Below, piece after piece: positions 1-8,755 of a stretch of DNA of 64,000 nt. Location: NCBI GenBank assembly GCA_963715865.1, contig OY970280.1, positions 704,001-768,000 of the forward strand. Direction: 5' to 3'. The stretch comes from Candidatus Bathyarchaeota archaeon (lineage in GTDB: Archaea; Thermoproteota; Bathyarchaeia; Bathyarchaeales; Bathycorpusculaceae). The number at the start of each line of letters is the position of its first letter. Within the stretch, counting starts at the first letter, position 1. A model generated the notes under the pieces. That model was given only the letters and a program-made list of their open reading frames with translations. It was not told the DNA's origin and did no database searches. The position numbers and the translations under genes are program-made.

Positions 1-367
1 GAAAAGAAATGCTGCTCCGACACCTTGAACTAATGCGGAAGACTATCAGTTCCATGGCTCCAGCATCGCCAACGTTTGGAGTTAGGGAGAGCAGTATTGA
101 GCCGACTGTAAATATGGCAAAGCCTAGGTTGTACAGTTTTACCCTGCCGTATATGTCGGATAGTCTGCCGAAAGTTACTAGCAAGGTGGCGGTTACTATG
201 CTGTAGCCGAACATTATCCATAATAGGTACTGGAAAGATGAGAATGGGTCAATGCTTATGCCTCTGAATATTGCGGGCATAGCGATTAGCACTATTGTAA
301 CATCGATAGAAGCCATAAGCGTGCCGAGAGTTGTGTTCGAGAGTGCTACCCATTTGTATTGTACCAT
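1..367 (-). CDS. MFS transporter (EmrB/QacA-like), N-terminal part, runs off window edge; probable 1-nt insertion near position 32
   Basis: Manual translation from ATG 367: [26 protein letters not shown]...[20 protein letters not shown] (MFS motif A). The expected [10 protein letters not shown] continues in a shifted frame after position 33. Confidence 0.85.
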   Translation of the reverse strand, partial: MVQYKWVALSNTTLGTLMASIDVTIVLIAMPAIFRGISIDPFSSFQYLLWIMFGYSIVTATLLVTFGRLSDIYGRVKLYNLGFAIFTVGSILLSLTPNVGDAGAMELIVFRISSRCRSSISF

Positions 368-413
368 AATTTTGATCAGACTATCTTTTTCTTTCGGCTA
401 AGTGCTGTGCGGA

Positions 414-1286
414 TTATAAAAAGTTTGCTTGAGAGCTTGGAGCTTTCACAACTTTAAGTTGCGCTTTTGTTACTGTATCCTTTAATTGAACAGCGGTGTT
501 CCCAGAGTTCCTAGACTGCAAAAGCGCTTGCAAGGTCTTATGGCATTTGCTGCACTCGAACATTGAGTTCCCACATGAAGGACAGAACAATTCTTGCTTA
601 AGCATGCGCTCCAAAAGCGTTAACAATTCCGCTTTGTTTTGCAGTTCACGAGTACTCTCTTGCTTTAAAGCCGGCTGCTCAGCGACTTCTTTTTTAACTT
701 GCGCGTTTCCGCTTGAAACGATTTCACTGTAAACTTTGGCAATGCTGGCTTTCCCTTCGCGCAGCCTCTGCTTGTCATCTTCACTTGCTTTTTCCAGTAT
801 TTTTTTGCCTCTTTCAAAGGTTCGGGTTGAAACGCCTGCTTTTTTGGCTACGGCCTCAGTTGCTTTAGCCTTAAACTCGGGCTTAGCGTCATCTGGCGCT
901 AACCCTAACTGCAGGTTTCGCCCGTTTTTGCCGCCTTTAGCCTGCCGCTTTTTCGCGAGCGCTTTTTCAATCTCTAACAATGGCACCGCTAACTCTACGA
1001 GCTGAAAATTGTTCAAGTGGCGGCGCCTAAGGTTTGTTTCAATTACGAATTTTTTTTCAAGCAGTTTATCTTCAAACTTGCGCACTTCAAAATCTGGCTC
1101 AATGCCCAGTTCGGTGCATGCGCGGTACCTGTGGTGTCCATCTAAAACTTCTAAGTCCTCGTTCACTGTTATTGGGTAGTGTTGGCCTTCTGCTTGTATG
1201 GATGCTTTGAGCTCGGCGAATTCTTCCTCAGACATTTTCGGCAACAGTTTTTCATATTCAGGATTAAAGCGTAAGCTCATGGACAT
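414..1286 (-). CDS. ParB/Srx N-terminal domain protein with HTH and C-terminal C4 zinc ribbon
   Basis: ParBc motif GQHYPITVNEDLEVLDGHHRYRAC; NLRRRHL; HTH AVAKKAGVSTRTFERG; CPSC...CSKC. Confidence 0.75.
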   Translation of the reverse strand: MSMSLRFNPEYEKLLPKMSEEEFAELKASIQAEGQHYPITVNEDLEVLDGHHRYRACTELGIEPDFEVRKFEDKLLEKKFVIETNLRRRHLNNFQLVELAVPLLEIEKALAKKRQAKGGKNGRNLQLGLAPDDAKPEFKAKATEAVAKKAGVSTRTFERGKKILEKASEDDKQRLREGKASIAKVYSEIVSSGNAQVKKEVAEQPALKQESTRELQNKAELLTLLERMLKQELFCPSCGNSMFECSKCHKTLQALLQSRNSGNTAVQLKDTVTKAQLKVVKAPSSQANFL

Positions 1287-1799
1287 CGCCGTTGTCTGGT
1301 ATTTACCTTTTGTATGTTATTATTATTTAAGGTGAAGGGTACAAGCGTTTCTATGTGGCATTCTGCTTAAAGCTGAGCCTTGGAATGTTGTCTCATGGTG
1401 CAATCACATATTCTTTTATTTTTTCTTGAGGTTGATATGTATGCGTATGAAAACCCGCGTAGCTCGTTTGGCAGATCATCAGTTAACCGAAAATGCGACT
1501 GGATCTCTCTCCTCGCTCTTCCTGAATTACTTTTAGTTTGTCGCATTAGGTTAACATGGCTGGTTCGCCAAACCATACTTTTCGTTAAATAAGTAGAAGA
1601 AGTGTGCAAATGTCCACTTATTTTAAAAGGTAGTTCTATACCTGCTAGTAAAGTAGATGAATCGTTAAACCACAAGTATTATTAAACAGCATGCACCTAA
1701 CTTCTATCAAACTAATAAAAAATTAAAAATCTCATCATTGCGAGAAACACTCGCTTTATGTGATTTAACAAATAATCAAATAAAATCATTAGGAAGTGC

Positions 1800-2963
1800 A
1801 TACTTACGGGAACATCCCAAACATTTACGATAAAGTACGTTGTACATGCCAGATTTGAAATTGAAGGCGTAGTAGAAAAACCCGATGTTATAGGCGCAGT
1901 TTTCGGTCAAACAGAAGGACTTTTTGGACCTGAACTTGACTTAAGAGAACTCCAAAAAACAGGACGCATCGGAAGAATCGAAATTGATTTACACTCAAAA
2001 AATGACAAAACCACCGGCGCAATAACCATCCCGACTAGTTTAGATAGGGTTTCAACGGCGCTTATTGCTGCAAGCATAGAAAGCATTAATCGTGTCGGTC
2101 CATGCTCGGCTAAAGTTAGCTTGGATAAAATTGAGGATGTTCGTGAAGCACGCAGAAAAATAATTATTGACCGAGCAAAAGAAATCCTGCATAAATGGAC
2201 TATTGAGTTAATGCCAAGCGTAGATGAGGTTTACAAAGAAATCTCTGATACCATGAAGATTGGCAAAGTGGAAAAGTACGGTCCGGAAGATTTGCCTGCT
2301 GGTCCAGGTTTAGAAAGTGCTAAAGAAATTATTGTTGTTGAAGGACGCGCTGACATAATCAATTTGATGCGTTGCGGAATCTTTAACACTGTTGCTCTTG
2401 AAGGCGCCAAAGTTCCTGAGTCAATAAAGAAGTTGACTAAAGAAAAAACAGCCACTGCATTGCTAGATGGTGACCGAGGAGGCGACTTGATATTAAAAGA
2501 GTTATTGCAGGTTACGAGTGTCAAGTTTGTTGGTCGCGCTCCAAGAGGCAAAGAAATCGAGGAGTGCAACTGCAAAGAAATCACTGAAGCTCTAGAAGCT
2601 AAGGTTCCAATGACAGAGGTTTCAGAGGTTTCTAAACCTAAAAAGCCTGAGCGTATCAAGGTTGAGGTTCCAGAAACCATAAGCCAAGCTACAAAAGCAT
2701 TACAGGGCACACTTGAAGCAGTTTTACTCAACGATAAGCTTGAGTTGATTGAGCGTTTGCCAGTAAGCCAGCTAGCAGAAAAGCTTCAGCAAGTAAGCGG
2801 TGTTGACACAGTAGTTTTTGACGGCATCATTACCCAGAGAATCGTTGATATTGCCGGCGAGAAAAACATCAGGCGGATAGTTGCTTCCCGAGTTTCAGAA
2901 GCCGTAAAGCCAGCGTTAAACGTTGAATTGGTAACTTTCCAAGACGCAATTCCTCAAGCCTAA
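1800..2963 (+). CDS. dnaG: archaeal DnaG-type primase (TOPRIM); true start upstream of ORF-track call, non-canonical
   Basis: Frame is open from 1776 and encodes KYVVHARFEIEGVVEKPDVIGAVFGQTEG...RELQKTGRIGRI, then TOPRIM motifs VVEGRADI and LDGDRGG. No in-frame ATG/GTG/TTG occurs before 2121. Confidence 0.93.
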   Translation: MLTGTSQTFTIKYVVHARFEIEGVVEKPDVIGAVFGQTEGLFGPELDLRELQKTGRIGRIEIDLHSKNDKTTGAITIPTSLDRVSTALIAASIESINRVGPCSAKVSLDKIEDVREARRKIIIDRAKEILHKWTIELMPSVDEVYKEISDTMKIGKVEKYGPEDLPAGPGLESAKEIIVVEGRADIINLMRCGIFNTVALEGAKVPESIKKLTKEKTATALLDGDRGGDLILKELLQVTSVKFVGRAPRGKEIEECNCKEITEALEAKVPMTEVSEVSKPKKPERIKVEVPETISQATKALQGTLEAVLLNDKLELIERLPVSQLAEKLQQVSGVDTVVFDGIITQRIVDIAGEKNIRRIVASRVSEAVKPALNVELVTFQDAIPQA

Positions 2964-5347
2964 ATATAATCCATTAAGCTTCTGATTTCTTCACTTTCTT
3001 TCATTTTCCTTTTAATCAGTTCTTCTTCGGTTACATCAAAAAATCCGAGTATCCTAGCTGCCGCAGGGACTACTTGATTGGTTACATAGTAGTCAACGTC
3101 TATTTCATCATACTTGGCGAAAACGTAAGGTTTCACGCGATTGTAAAATCGTCCTTTGCCTGCTAGTATGACGAAGCCTACTTTGTCGCCGCCTGTTAAA
3201 CGCCACCCCTTTTCCTTAAGCATTTTTGCCGCTTCCACATGCGGAGCTTTAACAGCGTATTCTTCTGGCGGTTTAGTCAGTGTTTTCCAAATTATTAGGT
3301 CACGGAACGGAACTTTCCTTTGCTTTAGCGCCGCTATTACGGTATGTACGTAGTCAATTGCATTCTTAGGCGACTGCTCCTTAAGAATTATTTCAAGAAC
3401 GTGCTCTTGCACTTTTTTAGCTACTTCCGCCCAATCGCCCCGAATTACTTCTAACCCAACAATGTCTAAACTGCCATCAAGCCTTAAGCCTGCATACCGT
3501 TTTTTGGCTTCAGTGAAGAAAATACGCTTGTAAACCTCGCTGACTTCTACTTCTAAGCCTAAATTCTCATTAATCTCGGTTTGCAGTTCAAGGATTTTCT
3601 CTTTGTCATTAGTTAAGAACAGGCTGTCAGTGTCACCGTAAATAATCGTTAATCCTTTTTCTTCAGCTAAATGAGTGGCGCTTAAAATGGAGTGCCTACC
3701 CCAAGCTGAAGCTGCTTCGGCTACTGGTTTAATGTACCATCTTGCGCCAATCCAGCCAGCATAGCCATAGGTAGCGTTTGTTATGATTTTTACAGCTTTT
3801 TGCCTCGCATCCAAGATGCTGTATTCAACCGTGCTGGGGCTTAAAGTCTTCATTTGTGCCCGTATTTTGTTTCTTACTTCTATTAGGAACGTTAATGCTT
3901 CCTTGTAGAATCCGGGCGGTGCTTTGCGGAATCGGTGCTTTACTTCTGGCGTTTCGTAAACTCCACTTGGCGGTTCAGGTTCCTCTGGTGCAACGTATGT
4001 GTCAGGCGATAAATTGTATCTTATCATTATGTTAGGGTACATTGATTTGAAATCTAAAACCGCTATGTTATCATGCAGTCCAGGTTTTGGTTTAAGCACT
4101 AACCCTCCAGTGTAAGGCTGATAGAGCTGTTCTATTCGTTTGGGGATTAGTTCGCCGATTTTCCGTGTTTGCTTAATTAGAAACCATTCGACCCTAAAGC
4201 CCACAGCTGCAGTCATAACGTGGTCTAATGGCAGGCTCACTAAGCGTGATAGTTGCATTGCGAAATCCAACAGCAACATTGCGGAGCCTTGGATTTTACG
4301 AGCGTTGTTTAAGCTGAACTGTTTAAGCGCTTCTCTTTTCTGCGGTTCGTCCCAGTAACTGGCAAATTCAATATCTTCAATTTCATTGCTTGATTCGTTT
4401 TTCATTACGCCTAAATGGTAAGCTAAGTTGGAAAGGGTCTTAACCTTCACTTCTGGAAAAACATCCATAAAATCAGCAAAATCAACATTAGCCATGCCCG
4501 TGAAGGAAACGTGACCATAAACGCTGGTATGTGGTTCATTTCTTGCGCGGTCAACATCAAATGTTCTTTCAAGCCTGTGACTTCTTTTTATTAGGTAATC
4601 CCAATCTTGAGCGTTAGCGCCAAAACTAACGATGATATCAGGATCAAACTGGCGAACATAGGCAACAAACTGTTGAATAACAGGCTTATCATTTTTTTCG
4701 TTGCCTGCTATAAACTGCTTTTCTTCGCCGTTGCTGGCAACGCTGGATATTATTACTACAGGATTTCTATCTGGTTTGGGCGAGCCTTCACGACTATAAC
4801 TGATCATTGAAAAACTGAGGATTCTGAGCAGGGGCTTGTCGACACTACCAAGCTGTTTTGGAATGGACTCTGCAGCATAAACCTTATTCACTTTTACGCC
4901 TAACACGTTTTCTTCTTCATCGGCGTCTACTTCATGCCATGCACAGGGGGTCACATTATTGTCGATTAGGTACCGCATAGGAATGCGAATATCATCTTCG
5001 AGGCAATCTTTTACCCCTTCGAACCCTCGAAGTTCCCTTGCAAGCTTTCCTATTTCGATTGCGTTTTTGCAGGAAACTTTTATTGCCTGCACGGGTTTGC
5101 CGAAGAACCTGCGCTCTGATAATTCCGCCTTCACTATTGATGAGGGATAAGCGTTCATGATTTCCTGTGCAGTTTTCGACGGGTCAAATCCTTCTTTAAT
5201 CGCAACGTAAAAGTAAGCAGTAAAGTTTCTGTCAATAACGAGCACTCGGTTTTTGTTTGCGTCAATTCCCCAAAGCCACAATTCAACAGTGCCATTTTCG
5301 ATTTTTGGGTTAATGTCTAGAAGCCAAAAAGTGATTTTCACAGGCAA
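2960..5347 (-). CDS. polB: family B DNA polymerase (PolB3-like), proofreading motifs degenerate
   Basis: Polymerase motifs DFKSMYP, KIITNATYGY, YGDTDS, KKRY are intact. ExoI position reads SFSMISYS and ExoIII reads FSLNNA. Confidence 0.95.
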   Translation of the reverse strand: MPVKITFWLLDINPKIENGTVELWLWGIDANKNRVLVIDRNFTAYFYVAIKEGFDPSKTAQEIMNAYPSSIVKAELSERRFFGKPVQAIKVSCKNAIEIGKLARELRGFEGVKDCLEDDIRIPMRYLIDNNVTPCAWHEVDADEEENVLGVKVNKVYAAESIPKQLGSVDKPLLRILSFSMISYSREGSPKPDRNPVVIISSVASNGEEKQFIAGNEKNDKPVIQQFVAYVRQFDPDIIVSFGANAQDWDYLIKRSHRLERTFDVDRARNEPHTSVYGHVSFTGMANVDFADFMDVFPEVKVKTLSNLAYHLGVMKNESSNEIEDIEFASYWDEPQKREALKQFSLNNARKIQGSAMLLLDFAMQLSRLVSLPLDHVMTAAVGFRVEWFLIKQTRKIGELIPKRIEQLYQPYTGGLVLKPKPGLHDNIAVLDFKSMYPNIMIRYNLSPDTYVAPEEPEPPSGVYETPEVKHRFRKAPPGFYKEALTFLIEVRNKIRAQMKTLSPSTVEYSILDARQKAVKIITNATYGYAGWIGARWYIKPVAEAASAWGRHSILSATHLAEEKGLTIIYGDTDSLFLTNDKEKILELQTEINENLGLEVEVSEVYKRIFFTEAKKRYAGLRLDGSLDIVGLEVIRGDWAEVAKKVQEHVLEIILKEQSPKNAIDYVHTVIAALKQRKVPFRDLIIWKTLTKPPEEYAVKAPHVEAAKMLKEKGWRLTGGDKVGFVILAGKGRFYNRVKPYVFAKYDEIDVDYYVTNQVVPAAARILGFFDVTEEELIKRKMKESEEIRSLMDYI

Positions 5348-5423
5348 CCGCCTATTGTAGCATAGAACAAATTCGCCTTTAAACCTTTAACGAGCGAACA
5401 GTGGCGAATCACCCGCGTAAACT

Positions 5424-5440
5424 CCCCTTTTTCTTTTTTT
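5424..5440 (+). terminator. oligo-T tract resembling an archaeal terminator, with no upstream + strand gene
   Basis: CCCCTTTTTCTTTTTTT, the same form as tracts following genes at 45061 and 52940. Confidence 0.4.
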
Positions 5441-5672
5441 GGAGGCTTTTAGCTTGGTTAACACTAATCGGGTTAAGCGTAAATTGCCAAGTCTTTTAGT
5501 GGATGGTGTTACAACTGAAAAAAAGGGCTGGAATAATCTAATGCGTTTTCGTTACCGTCTTGAGCGATTAAGGAAAAATAACCCTGAGAAATTCAATACT
5601 TTAACGAATAACCTTATTGCTGATTTAACTGAGTTTGAAAAAGCAGTAAATACTAAAATATTTCAAGCCTAA
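5439..5672 (+). CDS. small basic hypothetical protein, paralog of ORF at 22504
   Basis: 77-aa ORF; shares KRKLPxLLVD...KKGW...MR..YR...NPxKFN.L with 22055..22504. Confidence 0.55.
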   Translation: MEAFSLVNTNRVKRKLPSLLVDGVTTEKKGWNNLMRFRYRLERLRKNNPEKFNTLTNNLIADLTEFEKAVNTKIFQA

Positions 5673-5879
5673 TAACCATTAACTTACTATTACTTGCTTT
5701 TGAATTAAACTTGATACACCTGTCCAAGTTCATAGGTTTTATAGACTACCCTAGAATAATGCATACAATGCCTCAGCCTAAACCGTACTCAGATCCAATC
5801 AGTGAAAAACATACTAGAGCTAAATATGTTGGAAAAAAGAGCTAAATGAGGAGAAGAGGGAAAATAAGTAGACTACGGC

Positions 5880-6971
5880 TTATCTGTTAAATTTTAGAGG
5901 ACCTAAATGTTTTTCATTTTTTCTTAAGAATGCACTTTCTACGCCAGTTATGACAGCCATTACTGAAACAGCGCCTTGCAGCTCCTTATCGACTCTTGCT
6001 CCCCAGATAATCTTTGTTTTTGGTGGCAATGAACGTTTCATAATTTCAGCAGCTCGATTGACTTCGGTAAGCGTAAGATCTTCTCCGCCTGAAACATGAA
6101 TGAGTAAGCCCTTTGCCTTTGTTACATCCTCTATATCAAGCAGACGTCCGTTTAGAGCTTTTTCTACCGCTTGTTCGACCCTAGTTTCGCCGGTGCCTTC
6201 GCCAATGCCTATTGAAGCTAATCCTGAGCCTGTCATGATCGCTTTTAAATCGGCATAGTCCATGTTTATTAGGCTTGCAGTTGTGATTGTTTCAGTTACT
6301 CCTTTTATGAATTTGCCGACGGTTGTGTTAGCTACGCCTAAGGCTTCTCTAAATGGCAAGTTTCCAGCAACTTTTACGAGACGGTTGTTGTCAATCACTA
6401 CAACGGTGTCGCATGCATCTTTTAATCGATTTAAACCCTTCTTTGCTGCAGCCATTCTTGCTGTTTCAACATCGAATGGAAGAGTGACAACGCCTACTAT
6501 CAAAGGCGCCATTGGATTTCCAGCAGTCTTCTTGTGCAAAGCATCAGCTAAGCCGACAATTGCTCCAGTTCCTGTTCCTCCGCCCAAGCCCGCTACCATG
6601 AATATAATGTTCGATTTTGATAACTCATAGATGACTTCGTTTGCGGACTCGTATAGGGCTTTTTCTCCTACTTCTGGATAACCTCCGCTGCCAAGACCTC
6701 TAGTCAATTTTTCGCCTATTAAGATTCTCTTGTCTGCTTTAGTAATTTTGAGGTGTGCTGCATCTGTATTTACTGCTACTAGTTTGCCACCTGTGATACC
6801 TTTTTCTTTGACCCATGTTATAACGTTGCATCCTGCTCCGCCTAGGCCGACAGCGACTACTATTGGTGCAGCCATCCTTGCAAATTTTTCGATTTTTTCT
6901 TCTTGCGTCTCCCTGTATGGTGTTTCCGTAAACTCAAAAGGTGCCGGTCCGTTTTGTTCAGATTCTGATAT
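5880..6971 (-). CDS. ftsZ: cell division GTPase FtsZ; start extended to ATA 6971
   Basis: GLGGAGCN, GGGTGTG tubulin signature, T7 loop INMDYAD. Frame extends 32 codons upstream of ATG 6875 to an ATA preceded by GGGGGT. Confidence 0.93.
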   Translation of the reverse strand: MSESEQNGPAPFEFTETPYRETQEEKIEKFARMAAPIVVAVGLGGAGCNVITWVKEKGITGGKLVAVNTDAAHLKITKADKRILIGEKLTRGLGSGGYPEVGEKALYESANEVIYELSKSNIIFMVAGLGGGTGTGAIVGLADALHKKTAGNPMAPLIVGVVTLPFDVETARMAAAKKGLNRLKDACDTVVVIDNNRLVKVAGNLPFREALGVANTTVGKFIKGVTETITTASLINMDYADLKAIMTGSGLASIGIGEGTGETRVEQAVEKALNGRLLDIEDVTKAKGLLIHVSGGEDLTLTEVNRAAEIMKRSLPPKTKIIWGARVDKELQGAVSVMAVITGVESAFLRKNEKHLGPLKFNR

Positions 6972-7159
6972 TTTCTTACCCCCTTTAGTGTATCTTAATA
7001 GTTATGATATTGTATATAAATATTGTGAGTAAGGATTCTAAATGCATATTTGTAAAACACATATACATAAGTGCAGTGTTACACGTTTCGTAATATACCT
7101 TATATAGCTTATTTTCCAAATAAATCACTCAACAATTAGGTTTCGAGTCGGGATATTAA

Positions 7160-7567
7160 ATGAAAAAAATCAGGCTAATGAAAAAATTCATGAAGAATTT
7201 TGTTGGAAAGGGTATTAATTTAGTTATCAAGGAAAAAGACGGCACCTTCAAAGTCCACACCATTGAAATTATGCAGAAAACAGACGATACTTGCCCTGTT
7301 AAAGAAATAGCAATAGGAGATTATTTTCTGCGTTTAGTGGCTACAAATCCTCAGGGCCGAGAAGCTTCGATAGTCTGCAACTGGACAGACGATCTTTTGG
7401 AAAATCTCATAACAAGATACAAAGACGCCAAGGATGCAAACTCTTCAGAAATAACGATGTTTAAAGACCCCCAATCTATCAATTCGAACAATTGGCTCAT
7501 TACATGGAGCGATCGCAAACAGGAAGAGCAGGAGCAAAAAAGCGATCCAATACGTTATATTACTTAA
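7160..7567 (+). CDS. hypothetical protein
   Basis: 135-aa ORF in AT-rich segment; no recognised motif. Confidence 0.55.
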   Translation: MKKIRLMKKFMKNFVGKGINLVIKEKDGTFKVHTIEIMQKTDDTCPVKEIAIGDYFLRLVATNPQGREASIVCNWTDDLLENLITRYKDAKDANSSEITMFKDPQSINSNNWLITWSDRKQEEQEQKSDPIRYIT

Positions 7568-7611
7568 GATAACCTTTCCTATTTAATACCTGTAATCAGT
7601 GCAGAAAAATA

Positions 7612-8181
7612 CTACCTATAATAATTAGGGTCTTCAATCAGGTTTGCCATTGCGAATCTTTCTGCCAAAATTTTGTCTGTAAATAGGCTGTCTCTTTTCA
7701 TTCGTTTTAGTTCTAGGTTTGTTCCCTGTTTCAACAGTTTTGCGGAAACTTTTTTCTCTGGTCTTGGAAATCCTATCGATTGCATTTTTAATGGATCTAT
7801 ATGTGTTCTTATTGAAACGTTTTTGTACCAATGTTCTGCTGGAGTTTTTGGTTTTGCGTTTACCCAAGCTATTTTTTCGTGTTCAATTTGTTCCTCGAAT
7901 TCAGGGAATTCGGGTGAATTTTCATCTAGGATGTGACCGAGCTCGTGTCTTATTATTAATTTAGTTGTGTTTGTCAGCTTACCAGCATCTATGTCTCGTC
8001 TGGCGGCAATTTTAATGTCTTTATCAGTGACTTCTGATACTCCTCCAATTTCGTAAGCATTCAGAGCCTTTATCTCAAACATATCTAGTCTTTTTACTGC
8101 TTGATCACCGTACTCACCTTTTAAGAAAAATCTTGCATATTCTTTTATTTGTTCCTCTAGCCTTTTTGCAGTTGTTTCCAA
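7612..8181 (-). CDS. hypothetical protein with HEXXH zincin-like motif
   Basis: IIRHELGHIL followed by EHEKIAW (possible third ligand). Confidence 0.6.
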   Translation of the reverse strand: METTAKRLEEQIKEYARFFLKGEYGDQAVKRLDMFEIKALNAYEIGGVSEVTDKDIKIAARRDIDAGKLTNTTKLIIRHELGHILDENSPEFPEFEEQIEHEKIAWVNAKPKTPAEHWYKNVSIRTHIDPLKMQSIGFPRPEKKVSAKLLKQGTNLELKRMKRDSLFTDKILAERFAMANLIEDPNYYR

Positions 8182-8459
8182 ATTCCTTCTCCTTACTCAA
8201 GTCATAAGTTACAATAAAATTGCTTTAATGACTTGTTCCACATGCCGGATTATTGTGATTTCAGTAATACCTTTTTATTTTTAATTGAAAAATTGAGTCA
8301 TAGCCAAATAGAGAGCGCTCCAAAACGGTTTACGATAATTCCAAGTATCTGCAAAAAAAACAAGTAACGACCAAAACTCATAAAAGATTTAACCGATCTT
8401 GATAAAGCAGTTTAGTCTATCCTTTAATTTTTCTTTTTTTAACCCTTACTTAAAAAGAG

Positions 8460-8691
8460 GTGATAGAATTGGCGTTTGCGGCATCGCTTGCTAGAAATGT
8501 CCTCGGATGCAAAAAGATATGTGCCCTAATGGCAGTGTTGGCTGTGTTGCAAGGAAGAATAAAATGTGTCAAATCTGCAAATGCGCCTTCAGCAGAGGCG
8601 TGAAATTTGAATGCCAAGATTTCCCTTGTGAAACCACTAAGAAAGGATCAATAAGCTATGTTACTGCCAGTTCATTTCAGGCAAATCCTAA
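8460..8691 (+). pseudogene. disrupted Cys-rich small protein (DUF3795-like)
   Basis: SD GAGG then GTG. Reconstructed as MIE(I)GVCGIAC*KCPRMQKDMCP...CQICKCAF...CQDFPCE...SY(G)YCQFISGKS, with in-frame TAG 8492 and frameshifts near 8470 and 8660. Confidence 0.6.
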
Positions 8692-8755
8692 ACAGAAAAG
8701 CCTTATGCTCTAAAAGAGTTAGTTTTAAGTTTGCGGTTACAACTCTAGGTTTGGA

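Noticed and set aside
1290-1790. AT-rich 500-bp gap before dnaG as a replication origin
   Set aside because: No ORB-like repeats or G-strings seen and no cdc6/orc1 gene in the window. The small ORFs here have no recognisable content.
8492-8494. In-frame TAG as pyrrolysine read-through
   Set aside because: The same gene has additional frameshifts, no pyl genes are in the window, and TAG is one substitution from GAG (Glu).
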